A DNA stretch of 64,000 nt from Candidatus Berkelbacteria bacterium (GCA_037143235.1 JBAWZC010000001.1:1132-65131); one strand, 5' to 3'. Shown: positions 1-9,506, counted from the stretch's first letter. Notes: generated by a model from the sequence alone, not told the origin. Numbers and translations: made by a program.

Positions 1-2705
1 GCTTTACCGTTACCGCTTGAATCATTCCCGTTGCCATCAAACTTCCAATATCCAGCCAATCCACTTTCTGCCCCTCCTGCCGCGCCATTAACCGTCATAT
101 TATAGAAGTCTTTACCGGTACCCGTGCCACCAGTATTGATGGTTTTGCCTGCTGTTGAGCCATTGAAGTTGACAGTACTTGCACCCTTGGTAAATATTCC
201 TCCGGTGTTGTTCCAGCTACCACCAACATTGATAGTCTGATTCCCAGGTGCGAATGTACCAGCAGCTAGATTGATGTCCCCTGTGATCGTCAAATCGCGA
301 CTAGCCGAAACTGTGTTAGTATAACCAGAATTAATCGAGAGCGAATTAACCGTTCCAGCGAAATTACTATCAATAGTTGATGCCTTGGTCGATGTCCCAT
401 CAAAGATAACATCATTAGTCGCTATCGGCTTTGCATTTCCGCTCCAGTTCGCATCTGTATTCCAATTGCTATCTGAGCCCCCACCGGTCCAAATCCTAGT
501 ACTATCAACGATGAAATTAACTACGATAGTATGATCAGTTATAACATTAGAAAAAGTGTAGGGACTGGCCAGCGTTGGCTGAGCGACACCGTCAACGACA
601 AGAGAAGCAATATAATAGCCTGAGCTCGGACTGAAAGAAAAAGCCTGATTAGCGTTGGCATTGACATAGGTAGCACCATTTGGTGAAATAGTACCGCCTG
701 CACTGGCCGAGGCAGTAATTGTATTTTGAGTCGTAAAGGTCCACTTGGTGTTTCCGCTGACATTGTTGGAATTGTAGGCCGTAATATTGGAAGCATTTTG
801 ATTGACTGATTCAGAGATAGTAGCATAACGAATATTCACATTGGCCACATTGGACGGATTGACATTCCAAACCCCCGCATCGCCAACTTTCTTTTGTAAC
901 ACCACATTGTGATCTTTTGTCCCTGTCACCGTCCAAGTACCAGAAATCGTTTGAGTGGAACCTCCAGCGAAACTCAGGGTCTTGTCAGCTGTAGTAGCTG
1001 TAACATTATTAAATGTCGTGTTCCCAGAAATTGTTGCACTACCATCAAAAGCGACTGTGCTACCGTTGGCTGTAAAAGTGCCGCCAGAATTGGCAAAAGT
1101 ACCACCGTCGCCAATGTGGATAGTTTTGCCATTGGCATCCAGCGTGCCGGAAGAGACGGTGAAATTATTGAGTGCGGTGAGATTGGAAGAAAGAGTATAA
1201 GAACCAGGAGAATTCGGCGAATTATATGCATACAAATTAGATATCTCTGATTGTGTAAGCACCCGGCCAGAGTAGATACGCAGTTCATCAACAGAGCCGT
1301 TGAAATAACGACCAAGGTCAGTGCCTGTCGGCGTATAATAACCAAACCCACCAATATTGAGAGCTTTGGTATTTGCGCCTGGTCCGTTTGCGCTAGCTAT
1401 CTGATTGACATAATTTCCATTTACATAAAATCTATAGTAAGAGCCATCAAATGTTGCCGTAACCATATTCCAAGAACCCGTCGACAGTGTATATGGCACA
1501 TCCCCACCGCCAGATGTCCATGGCCCAGTCGCAGTGGCTAGTCCAATATTTTGTGTTCCAGCGTTATTATAAAGCCTAAGGTCATAGCCACCATTGTTCG
1601 GATTGGCATCGTATTTGCTTACTATAGACGCAAGACTATTTAATGCTGGCAAGGCAACAGGATTGATCCAGACCGAGATAGACATGGTCCCAGATATATT
1701 CAATGGTGCCGAGCTGGGTGCTGTGATTTTGTTACTTCCGCTAAGAGTCAGTCCACCGCTAAATCGACCGACGGAATGCATTACCGAGGTATTTTGCGGA
1801 GCCGTGGCGGTATTCGTATTAGCGGAATCAGCCACCGTGGTATTGGATGTATTCTCATCCATCTTCCAATAGCCTTGCAAAGAGCTCTCTGTGCCACCAG
1901 CTACGGCCGCTATCGTAGCATTGTAAAAACTTTGACCATTGGTTGAAATAGTCTTCCCGCTCGCAGTGCCATTAAAAATAACCGATGGTTCCTGCCCCGC
2001 CGTAAAAGTAGCGGCGGTATTGTTCCAGCTACCCGCAACATAAAAAGTTTTGTGGCTGACGGTACCACTGATATTACCGGCAGCCAAAGTGACATCATTA
2101 TCGATATATAGATCATTAACCAAAGTCAGTGTATTCGTATATCCAGAACTGATCGAGAGTGACTTGATGTGGTTAACAAAACCAGCGTCAACAGTAGAAG
2201 CTTTGGTGCTTGTAGCGTTAAAGATTACATCATCAGCTGCCGTCGGCACTACTCCGCCACTCCAGTTGGAAGCACAAGACCAGTTGTTTTCGTTGCCAGC
2301 ACCGCAAGTCTGAGTCGTTCCTGCACCGTTCCAGGTATAAGCCGAAGCTCTCACCAATTTTGGCTGGCTAACCAGTGTCATCGGGACAAAAACGCCCAAA
2401 GCCAATATATAAACAAGCAGGATTGACCAATGAACGGACTTCGCCCACGACGAAGAATGCCAGCTGTAGTACCATTTCCACTTCATCCGAATATAATTGT
2501 GAATCAGAGAAAACTGAGGAAGTAAAGTTTTAGTCGAGCGCTGTATCTTCAGTATTTCGCTATCGAGCTTTTCAGCCTTGTCCAAATAAGCTGATTCCTT
2601 CTCTGACATGGACCTGATCTTATTCTTTTCGTCAACAGAAAGAGGCATGACATCACCACACTTTTTCTTTTTTTTAAAGAATAATTTCTTGAAAAAATTT
2701 GTCAT
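1..2705 (-). CDS. Large cell-surface/secreted repeat protein, partial (C-terminus runs off the window start). It has a roughly 90-aa cytoplasmic tail, a single TM signal-anchor, two long internal repeats and a LamG/concanavalin-like segment.
   Basis: A hand-traced continuous minus-strand reading frame runs from ATG at 2703-2705 (SD-like GAGGGG 8 nt upstream) to position 1 without stops. It is absent from the ORF track because it is not closed. Gly/Thr/Asn/Ser-rich beta-solenoid-like sequence with a repeated block (WNGAGTTQTCG...NWSGGVVPTAADDVIFNATSTKAS and IWTGGGSDSNWNTDANWSGNAKPIATNDVIFDGTSTKAS). The motif FNGSVDELRIYSGRVLTQSEISNLY is typical of laminin-G-like jellyroll domains. Hydrophobic segment SILLVYILALGVFVPMTLV. 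Confidence 0.6.
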   Translation of the reverse strand, partial: MTNFFKKLFFKKKKKCGDVMPLSVDEKNKIRSMSEKESAYLDKAEKLDSEILKIQRSTKTLLPQFSLIHNYIRMKWKWYYSWHSSSWAKSVHWSILLVYILALGVFVPMTLVSQPKLVRASAYTWNGAGTTQTCGAGNENNWSCASNWSGGVVPTAADDVIFNATSTKASTVDAGFVNHIKSLSISSGYTNTLTLVNDLYIDNDVTLAAGNISGTVSHKTFYVAGSWNNTAATFTAGQEPSVIFNGTASGKTISTNGQSFYNATIAAVAGGTESSLQGYWKMDENTSNTTVADSANTNTATAPQNTSVMHSVGRFSGGLTLSGSNKITAPSSAPLNISGTMSISVWINPVALPALNSLASIVSKYDANPNNGGYDLRLYNNAGTQNIGLATATGPWTSGGGDVPYTLSTGSWNMVTATFDGSYYRFYVNGNYVNQIASANGPGANTKALNIGGFGYYTPTGTDLGRYFNGSVDELRIYSGRVLTQSEISNLYAYNSPNSPGSYTLSSNLTALNNFTVSSGTLDANGKTIHIGDGGTFANSGGTFTANGSTVAFDGSATISGNTTFNNVTATTADKTLSFAGGSTQTISGTWTVTGTKDHNVVLQKKVGDAGVWNVNPSNVANVNIRYATISESVNQNASNITAYNSNNVSGNTKWTFTTQNTITASASAGGTISPNGATYVNANANQAFSFSPSSGYYIASLVVDGVAQPTLASPYTFSNVITDHTIVVNFIVDSTRIWTGGGSDSNWNTDANWSGNAKPIATNDVIFDGTSTKASTIDSNFAGTVNSLSINSGYTNTVSASRDLTITGDINLAAGTFAPGNQTINVGGSWNNTGGIFTKGASTVNFNGSTAGKTINTGGTGTGKDFYNMTVNGAAGGAESGLAGYWKFDGNGNDSSGNGK

Positions 2706-2836
2706 GATCACATCCCCTCTCGCAAAAAGATTTGATAAAAATAGACATAATAATTATATCTCCTTACCCGAGACTTAGCAACAAAAGAAATCCCCAAATC
2801 TATTATTCTAGCGACAATGAATAATTACGCGCTGTT

Positions 2837-2866
2837 TGTCATTCCGGACCACGATCCGGAATCTAT
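2837..2866. repeat. Solo palindromic element of the TGTCAT family (tgtcattccggaccacgatccggaatctat).
   Basis: TGTCAT terminus followed by an 8-bp stem (attccgga/tccggaat) and a ctat tail, as in the inverted repeats flanking the GIY-YIG genes. Confidence 0.55.
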
Positions 2867-2943
2867 ATAAATTATTCCCTAATGCTGATTTAAGCCTGCC
2901 GACCGACAGACAGGTTCAGGATAACAATTCCGTGACGATAGTA

Positions 2944-3744
2944 CTATTTCGGCAGCAACGACTTCATCTGCTTCGCAATGAAATTTGTCGCGTAGACAGG
3001 GTTCAGCCGATACAAAATATTCATAAAATTTGAATCCTTGCCAAGGAAAATCTGAAGTTTATTTTTCTCTATGCCAGCAATGATCTGTAGGGCTGCCTCA
3101 CTAGCCGGCAACATCTGAAAACTTTGCTTTTTCGAATCGCTCTCTGGCAATTTCATTGTTTTTAGGCCAGAGTTTTCGGTAATATTTGTCGCTGTCGCCC
3201 CTGGGAAGACCACTGAGACATGAACATTGGTCTCTTTCAGCTCGGCATAGAGCCCTTCAGTCATCAATTTCACGGCTGCCTTTGACGCCCCATAAACACT
3301 CTGACCAGGCACTGGCAAGAAACCGCCCATGCTTGAAACATTGACGAGATATGCCTCTGGTCGTTCCAACAAAGCTGGCAAAAAAGCTTTTACCATGTAC
3401 AAAGTACCAAAAAAATTGACATTCATGACTCTCTCGATCGCCTCATAGTCAAGATCATTCACTCTGACAAATGGTTGGATAATCCCAGCATTGTTGATGA
3501 CAACATCAACTTCCCCAACCTCACTTGCCAATTTTTCGACAGCAGTTTTGTCTGAAATATCCACCACATAAGTTGCGACGCGGTCACCTTTTTCGCCAAC
3601 TGATTCTTTCAACTGCTGCAAAGTCTCAGTATGAATATCCACAGCTACAATCTTGGCATCTTTTTCGAGTAAGGCCAGCACCAACGCTTTGCCGATACCA
3701 CTGCCCGCACCAGTGACCAGAACTGTCTTGTTATCCATTTTCAT
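2944..3744 (-). CDS. Short-chain dehydrogenase/reductase (SDR) family oxidoreductase
   Basis: N-terminal TGAGSGIG Rossmann motif and YGASK catalytic Tyr-x3-Lys; SD-like AAAGGAAA before the ATG; 266 aa. Confidence 0.85.
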   Translation of the reverse strand: MKMDNKTVLVTGAGSGIGKALVLALLEKDAKIVAVDIHTETLQQLKESVGEKGDRVATYVVDISDKTAVEKLASEVGEVDVVINNAGIIQPFVRVNDLDYEAIERVMNVNFFGTLYMVKAFLPALLERPEAYLVNVSSMGGFLPVPGQSVYGASKAAVKLMTEGLYAELKETNVHVSVVFPGATATNITENSGLKTMKLPESDSKKQSFQMLPASEAALQIIAGIEKNKLQIFLGKDSNFMNILYRLNPVYATNFIAKQMKSLLPK

Positions 3745-3960
3745 ATTATTTCCTTTTTTATTTAATATTATTGTAACAGATTGAGCAGCAGAAAAGCATC
3801 ATCCTGATTTGGGTCTAGCACTGGATTTATTTTTGAGTATCGCGAGAAGTTTAGGTGCTAAACGCAAACACCTCACATGTCTGAGGTGTTTGATAGACGG
3901 CTATCTTTGTAAAAAAGAATGTGGTATAAGTAAATCAGTCTACACACGGGAGGTGCTCCT

Positions 3961-4254
3961 ATGAGCATGGTACTGGGAATTGTGGTATGGCCGATAGCTA
4001 TACTGCTAAACTTGTTGGTTCGCGGTCTGTTCTTCGTGCTGACCCTAATCTTTGGTCCTGATGATGCAGCCTGCTTGTGCCTGTTTGGGCCATTTCCTAG
4101 GTTCAGAGTCGTCAGAACAAAGGATGATTTCGATCTGTCCATACAAGAGTCGTGGTTTACTCCATGGATCGAAGAAAAGCAGAATAAAAGGGCAGAGTAC
4201 GAACGCCAGCGCGAAGAGAAAGACAACAAAGATGAAGATGAACAGCAGAAATAA
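3961..4254 (+). CDS. Small hypothetical membrane protein (97 aa) with a charged KE-rich tail
   Basis: Strong SD-like GGGAGGTG 5 nt upstream, extended -10 TGGTATAAG further upstream, one or two TM helices; no recognisable family. Confidence 0.4.
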   Translation: MSMVLGIVVWPIAILLNLLVRGLFFVLTLIFGPDDAACLCLFGPFPRFRVVRTKDDFDLSIQESWFTPWIEEKQNKRAEYERQREEKDNKDEDEQQK

Positions 4255-4592
4255 TCTGTTGTTCATCAGATGTGCCACTCCATACCTCAAGGAGGTGAAA
4301 ACCTGCGGTATGGAGAAAACCAGAGTTATCAAATATTGATGATTCTGGTTTTTTTAATACAAGTTTTGAATATACTCTATAAAAAAACTAGCCTAGAACT
4401 AGTCTTTTATTGGTGGAACACGAGATATTGCGTGTAATGAAAATAATTATTGCTAGCACAAAGTACGGTTATATCCGATATCGAGGATTAAGTTATACCA
4501 ACTTGGCCATTTGTGAACAGATTTTGATAGTTATCTATGGTTAATAATGATACAATTCTACTAAATCGCTAAATATATAATCGGGAGGGATT

Positions 4593-6050
4593 ATGGATTC
4601 AGAAAAAAGCAAGTTCAAGATGTCATGGGAATCAATAAAGAGTAAATTTCTCGAACTGACTCCCAAAACAAAACTACTCATTGGTCTCGGTATATTTTTA
4701 TTAGTTGTATTGGTTGCATCGGGAATACTCGCCAAAAGCAAGATGTCTTCGCTTGCCAATAATACTGGAGAAATAGCAGCAGGAAATATCATTGCTGACG
4801 GTAAGTGCAGTTTGCCACAACAAGAAATCAAAGAATCTGCTTTTACGATCGGAGTCCCTGCGGGTTGGCTTTACGAGTTGAACAATGGCACAGTCTCCAT
4901 CATGAAAGATACCTCAAATCTAGAGGGTGCCTTTCTGTATACCGCTAAGCTAACCAAAGAGGATATTTCTGCCAAAGAGTTCCTGACTGCTTCTTCGGGA
5001 TTTTTTACTAAATCAGTTGCAGCAGAAGGCGGCACATTTACGGTAACGAATATCAAAGAAATTGATGGCGATGCAGAGGGTACAATCGTGGCGTCGCTTA
5101 ACAATACACCGATCGCAGGTGTATACAAAGTCGAAAAAGAGGGCAATTTCGTTACCCTGAGAGCATATTATGCACCTGAAAAAGATATTGAGACTTCAAG
5201 AAATAACCTAAAAGAAGTGGTCGGTTGCTTTAGTCGTACCACGACGCTCACAACTGATATCTTGACCGCAATCAAAGCCAAAGAAGAAGTGGCCAAAGCA
5301 ACTCCAAGCGGATTTACCAAATATACCGGAAAGTATTTTAGTCTTTCACTACCTTCGGGCTATAAAGTTACTGGCGAAAGTGATTCGGGTATCGATATTA
5401 GCCGAAATGATATGTCTGCCGGCTTTAGCTACGCTTACGTCACAGGGGCAAAAGGGCCATACACATCAGAATCATGGACAAGTTACGCACTGCCAAAATT
5501 TGCCAGCATTGGGAATCTATCGCTTGGATCAGGTCAAAATGTTCCATCAGAAATAGCAGGGATGAAAGTCCAAGAATTTCCTTTTACTGGAGTTTTGAGT
5601 GGCACGACAAATGTGAAAGGAAAAGTGACAACTGGTGTCATCAACACAACTGATTTCGGGATGGGCTCCAGCACCTCGGCTTTCTGGGCGATACAGGTCG
5701 CGAAACCAGAAGTCTTTGGCAGCGTCTCGTCAATTTTGCAGACAATTCAGGATTCAGTCACTATCATTGATATTGGCGACATCAGAAAAAAGGCCATGTT
5801 GCCGCCAAATCGTCCAATAGAGTCTTCTGGCAGCTCGATCCCCTCAAAAAATCCGGGAGCATCAGTCAGCGATGAATCAAGCAACGACTGGGCTGACGCG
5901 ATGCATGGCTACCAAACCATGGAGTCTCCAACCACTGGGGAAAAATTCGATGTTCCTCTGAACTCATGGAACGAAACTGGTCCAGATGGACCGGGACAAT
6001 ATATAAAGTTGCCAAATGGTGACACTCAAAAACTCCAAGAAGTGGAGTAA
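4593..6050 (+). CDS. Hypothetical membrane-anchored extracytoplasmic protein (485 aa)
   Basis: SD-like GGGAGGGA, N-terminal TM anchor (LLIGLGIFLLVVLVASGIL), Ser/Thr/Gly-rich body; no recognisable conserved motifs. Confidence 0.55.
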   Translation: MDSEKSKFKMSWESIKSKFLELTPKTKLLIGLGIFLLVVLVASGILAKSKMSSLANNTGEIAAGNIIADGKCSLPQQEIKESAFTIGVPAGWLYELNNGTVSIMKDTSNLEGAFLYTAKLTKEDISAKEFLTASSGFFTKSVAAEGGTFTVTNIKEIDGDAEGTIVASLNNTPIAGVYKVEKEGNFVTLRAYYAPEKDIETSRNNLKEVVGCFSRTTTLTTDILTAIKAKEEVAKATPSGFTKYTGKYFSLSLPSGYKVTGESDSGIDISRNDMSAGFSYAYVTGAKGPYTSESWTSYALPKFASIGNLSLGSGQNVPSEIAGMKVQEFPFTGVLSGTTNVKGKVTTGVINTTDFGMGSSTSAFWAIQVAKPEVFGSVSSILQTIQDSVTIIDIGDIRKKAMLPPNRPIESSGSSIPSKNPGASVSDESSNDWADAMHGYQTMESPTTGEKFDVPLNSWNETGPDGPGQYIKLPNGDTQKLQEVE

Positions 6051-6144
6051 ATATTCGGATCAAACAGGGTTATCTTTTGTACACGCAATATTCGCGGCTA
6101 CCCGGCCCAATCTGATCGTAGTAGAATAATTATTGGACATTCAG

Positions 6145-6606
6145 ATGAAATCAATCAACAATCAAAGCCAATCATTGCAGCAAAACATCGCCATTTTTAC
6201 ATGGATCATAAGTGCGATTGTTTTGTTTTTGACCAGTATCGGTGCATACGACTTTATCATGACTATCAGCCAGAATACCCAATATTTCGATTATATGAAC
6301 TACGGTTCTCGCCAAACAACATATTTCATGAATTATCCACTATCACTAACAATATTCTGGTTCATGGGTATCTGGGGTGCTTTTGCTGGGTCCGTCTGTC
6401 TGTTGCTAAGGTTAAAAACGGCCAGAAATCTCTTCGTGGTCGCCGCACTAGGCCAAATCATTTTAGATATTTATACATTTGCTTTTAAACACAGATGGGA
6501 AATTTTAGGGCCAAAACTATGCACACAAGACTTAATTATTCTGGTATTTACCATTTTACTTGTTATTTATTCTCAGTATTTAATCAATCGAGGATTTCTC
6601 AAATAA
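6145..6606 (+). CDS. Hypothetical integral membrane protein (about 4 TM)
   Basis: The ORF-track start at 6133 is TTG; the first ATG is at 6145. Four hydrophobic segments. Confidence 0.4.
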   Translation: MKSINNQSQSLQQNIAIFTWIISAIVLFLTSIGAYDFIMTISQNTQYFDYMNYGSRQTTYFMNYPLSLTIFWFMGIWGAFAGSVCLLLRLKTARNLFVVAALGQIILDIYTFAFKHRWEILGPKLCTQDLIILVFTILLVIYSQYLINRGFLK

Positions 6607-6886
6607 GATGATTTTGTTAAGATTTTAGTAATCCAAAAAAGATACAATTCTATATAAAACAGCCATTAAACCTATTAATTTCTCGCAAAGTCAGGCAGCC
6701 GTAATTAAAAAGACTAGTCCGGGATCAATCAGCTTTGTCACTAGAAATGATCATGGTCATAAAAAACACATCACAAAAGTGATGTGTTTTTTATGGTGGA
6801 ACGCACTGTTGCAAGTCAGAAATATAATCTTAAACAGTGAAAAGATGATTTATATTCCGAAGATGAGGATTAGAGAATTTAATTGA

Positions 6887-7071
6887 TTATTTTTTCTTAG
6901 ATAACTTTGTTAGGGGCTCTCTTAATATATAGGCCGAAAGTGATGCCAACACTAACGCTATTATTAGTTCCAACCACCACACTGGTTTTAAGTAATCATG
7001 AATCAAAGTCATAATGACAAAAAAGGCGGCAAAATACCAAAATATCTTTCCGCTTAGCACTTTGAATTTCA
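6887..7071 (-). CDS. Small hypothetical membrane protein (61 aa)
   Basis: Internal Met of the track ORF 6887..7228, whose 5' part overlaps tRNA-Ala. Strong SD-like GGAGGGAG immediately upstream of the ATG at 7069-7071; two TM segments. Confidence 0.4.
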
Positions 7072-7167
7072 TACTCCCTCCATTATTTATTGTTTGTATT
7101 ATACCAAACAGTTCCAACCTATTAAATAGGTATAATAAAAAGACTAGTCTAGGACTAATCTTTTTAT

Positions 7168-7243
7168 TGGTGGACCCAACAGGATTCGAACCTGCGACAT
7201 CCTCGTTGCAAACGAGGCGCTCTACCAACTGAGCTATGGGCCC
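7168..7243 (-). tRNA. tRNA-Ala (anticodon TGC)
   Basis: Reverse complement GGGCCCATAGCTCAGTTGGTAGAGCGCCTCGTTTGCAACGAGGATGTCGCAGGTTCGAATCCTGTTGGGTCCACCA. Cloverleaf with G3:U70 Ala identity pair, anticodon loop TTTGCAA, encoded CCA, and an intrinsic terminator hairpin right after the 3' end. Confidence 0.9.
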
Positions 7244-7434
7244 TTATATTAAATTTTCCAATTACCCCTACTTCGCCCATCCTTCATTAAAATTACGGAC
7301 GGCACAGCAAGGCTACGCAGGGCAGGCAAGTAACAATAACCAACAAAGTCACAAATACCAAATTGCAATTCCCAAATATCTTACATCAAAACAGCTTGTT
7401 TTTCAAGGTTCGATGTAATATATTTATCATCTGA

Positions 7435-7468
7435 GGGCCTATAGTTAAGCGGTATAACAGGGCACCCC
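7435..7468 (+). pseudogene. Degenerate 5'-half copy of tRNA-Ala (acceptor 5' strand plus D-arm only)
   Basis: GGGCCTATAGTTAAGCGGTATAACAGGGCACCCC aligns with nt 1-30 of the tRNA-Ala(CGC) 44 nt downstream (GGGCCGGTAGTTCAGCTGGTAGAACACTGCA), then loses tRNA structure. Confidence 0.45.
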
Positions 7469-7511
7469 AAAAAGTACGCTTTGTATTTCGCACCCGCCTG
7501 CCATAGCATGT

Positions 7512-7587
7512 GGGCCGGTAGTTCAGCTGGTAGAACACTGCATTCGCATTGCAGAGGTAGAGGGTTCGAGTCCCTCCCGGTCCACCA
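7512..7587 (+). tRNA. tRNA-Ala (anticodon CGC)
   Basis: GGGCCGGTAGTTCAGCTGGTAGAACACTGCATTCGCATTGCAGAGGTAGAGGGTTCGAGTCCCTCCCGGTCCACCA. G3:U70, anticodon loop TTCGCAT, T-loop TTCGAGT, encoded CCA. Candidate promoter TTGTAT-17-TAGCAT upstream. Confidence 0.85.
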
Positions 7588-7716
7588 CAAAATTATCAGC
7601 TCCAAAGGATGTTTTTTGTAAAAATTCGAAAGAGATACACTTGGTGATATGGTTATTTTGAAGCATACAGATTGTATTTATCTCAAATGGGCTCTATTTA
7701 ATAATAGATAAAATTT

Positions 7717-8541
7717 ATGAATACTGAAAGAAAATACGGCATGGATGCAAAGAATCTAAATCTGGACCTAGAATCAATTTTAAAAAGGATTGACAAGGTT
7801 GATTGTATTGTGCAATTTAAGGAAATAGAGATTAATCAACGAATGTTGATGTCTAAAGTTGAACACTTCAAAAAGTTAGAGCAGGACCTTAATAACACTA
7901 TAAGCAGGTCAAACCCACTTATCTCTACAATGACTTTTGGAAACCTAGATGTTTTTAGGATCTGGGAACAAAAGCAGTCAATGTGCGGGAATCGTGCAGA
8001 CGAGCAATTTCTAAATATTTTAGCAATGCTAGAGGATATTGTGTCTGATTTTTTTATAAAAATGGTTATATCGATGAGCAAAACTCGAAAAATATTAAAC
8101 AGATTGTCAATCTATTTTAGAAATACAGGAAGTGCTGAATTTTCTGATGGGGATTTCAAAAATTTTTACAAACAATATAGGGAAGGCAAATTTAAAGATT
8201 TCGATTCAATCCTACAAGCTGTAATCGAACGAACTATTAGTCCATGGGTTGTTATTCGTTTTGTTAGAAATTCTCTTAAAGAGAATAGCAGACTGGATTT
8301 TAATATATCTAACGGTACTTGCTATATCTGTAAGTTTTTAGATGTGAATAATGGAGATAACGCTATAAAAGAATGCGAATTAATCAACGAATCGCAAAAA
8401 TACGGAGATTATATTAAATTTAATTTTAATTCTGAACTTTTCCATAGCTTGTTATTAGGACAAAATGAAATAATTACACAACTGAAGTCTGCTATTATTG
8501 GAAGATATATGAGTAAATACAAGCAAAGTAATGTTAGATAG
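7717..8541 (+). CDS. Hypothetical protein (274 aa) in an AT-rich segment
   Basis: Long ORF with no SD and no motifs I recognise. Its composition is markedly more AT-rich than the flanking housekeeping genes, and it lies between the tRNA-Ala pair and tdk. Confidence 0.45.
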   Translation: MNTERKYGMDAKNLNLDLESILKRIDKVDCIVQFKEIEINQRMLMSKVEHFKKLEQDLNNTISRSNPLISTMTFGNLDVFRIWEQKQSMCGNRADEQFLNILAMLEDIVSDFFIKMVISMSKTRKILNRLSIYFRNTGSAEFSDGDFKNFYKQYREGKFKDFDSILQAVIERTISPWVVIRFVRNSLKENSRLDFNISNGTCYICKFLDVNNGDNAIKECELINESQKYGDYIKFNFNSELFHSLLLGQNEIITQLKSAIIGRYMSKYKQSNVR

Positions 8542-8739
8542 GAGTGGGCGTAGCATGCTACGATACGACTAAGGGTTCCAACTTTTTTCGCCTAGGCCCG
8601 CCACCGCACATCGGCCTCTTGACCACAAGAGGTGTCCAGTTTGCCCAGTGAAGCTTCAGAGTACTTGGGCGTAGCTTTTGCAAAGTTGGATGCGTCAAAA
8701 TTTAATCATTTTCATTATTTCATCTATATACGAACAAGC

Positions 8740-9309
8740 ATGTTTAAAATGTTTCTAGGACCTATGTGCAGCGGTAAATCGCTCGAGATGATCGAGGAGT
8801 TTTCACGACTGAAAATTGCCGACAAACGAATCGGGCTTTTCCAGCCAGAAAGAAATGTCAGGGACGAGCATATCGAATCACGCAACGGCGGCAAACTGGA
8901 AGCGATCAAAATCTCCAAGATTGCAGACCTTTTGCATTTCGACGAAGTCGACCATATCGGGATTGACGAGATTCATATGTTCAACCACGATCAAATTTCA
9001 AAAGTGAAAAATGATGCAAAAATCATCAAATGCTTATTGCAACGCGGTAAACAAATCTCTGTCTCTAGACTAGACCTTGATTATCAGGGTAGAATGTTTA
9101 ATATCATCAAAGTATTCCTTGAACTCGGCCCAGATGTTGTTGTTTACAAAAGATCAGTCTGCTCGCAATGCAAGATGTTGAACGCGGCCTATTCACAGAT
9201 AATGAATAAATCACAAACACCGATCACCCGAGGGCTACCACCAGTGAATCCTGATGACGGCAACCTGCTTTACGAACCAAGGTGTCGCAACTGTTTCGTT
9301 AAAAAATAG
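8740..9309 (+). CDS. tdk: Thymidine kinase
   Basis: FLGPMCSGKSLEMIE P-loop at the N-terminus and a C-terminal CxxC...CxxC zinc ribbon (VCSQC...CRNC); about 189 aa from Met 8740. The track ORF starting at 8632 is an upstream extension without support. Confidence 0.85.
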   Translation: MFKMFLGPMCSGKSLEMIEEFSRLKIADKRIGLFQPERNVRDEHIESRNGGKLEAIKISKIADLLHFDEVDHIGIDEIHMFNHDQISKVKNDAKIIKCLLQRGKQISVSRLDLDYQGRMFNIIKVFLELGPDVVVYKRSVCSQCKMLNAAYSQIMNKSQTPITRGLPPVNPDDGNLLYEPRCRNCFVKK

Positions 9310-9311
9310 GT

Positions 9312-9506
9312 CTACAAATTGAACAAAGACCAAAAAGCGCCGACTATGGCGAGAATGCCGACGATTTTCCAGAAAGCATATGTGCCGGCGGGCCCAAGAT
9401 ATTTCTCAACTGTCTCGATCCTAGTCGTATTATCTGTAATCCAGCCAGAAAAACGCACCATGACAATACCGACAATCATAAAAATAACAAAGTATAGATA
9501 ATTCAT
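9312..9506 (-). CDS. Small hypothetical membrane protein (64 aa)
   Basis: Two TM helices; it abuts the start of the downstream antiporter gene (possible co-transcription). Confidence 0.35.
   Translation of the reverse strand: MNYLYFVIFMIVGIVMVRFSGWITDNTTRIETVEKYLGPAGTYAFWKIVGILAIVGAFWSLFNL

Noticed and set aside
539-2426. Eight short plus- and minus-strand ORFs (60-126 aa) listed in the track across the first 2.4 kb
   Set aside because: They all lie inside and out of frame with, or antisense to, a single continuous minus-strand reading frame of more than 900 codons that runs off the window. Their Gly/Thr-rich or nonsense-like translations have no RBS or domain support.
7014-7605. Track ORFs 6887..7228 (5' part), 7014..7232, 7236..7418 and 7381..7605
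   Set aside because: They overlap the two tRNA-Ala genes or the promoter region between them. Only the 3' portion of 6887..7228 (from Met 7071 with a strong SD) was kept as a small membrane protein.
8632-8739. N-terminal 36-codon extension of the thymidine kinase ORF
   Set aside because: The canonical TK begins with the P-loop a few residues after the Met. The extension has no homology and would place the P-loop atypically deep. The internal Met at 8740 gives a normal-length Tdk.
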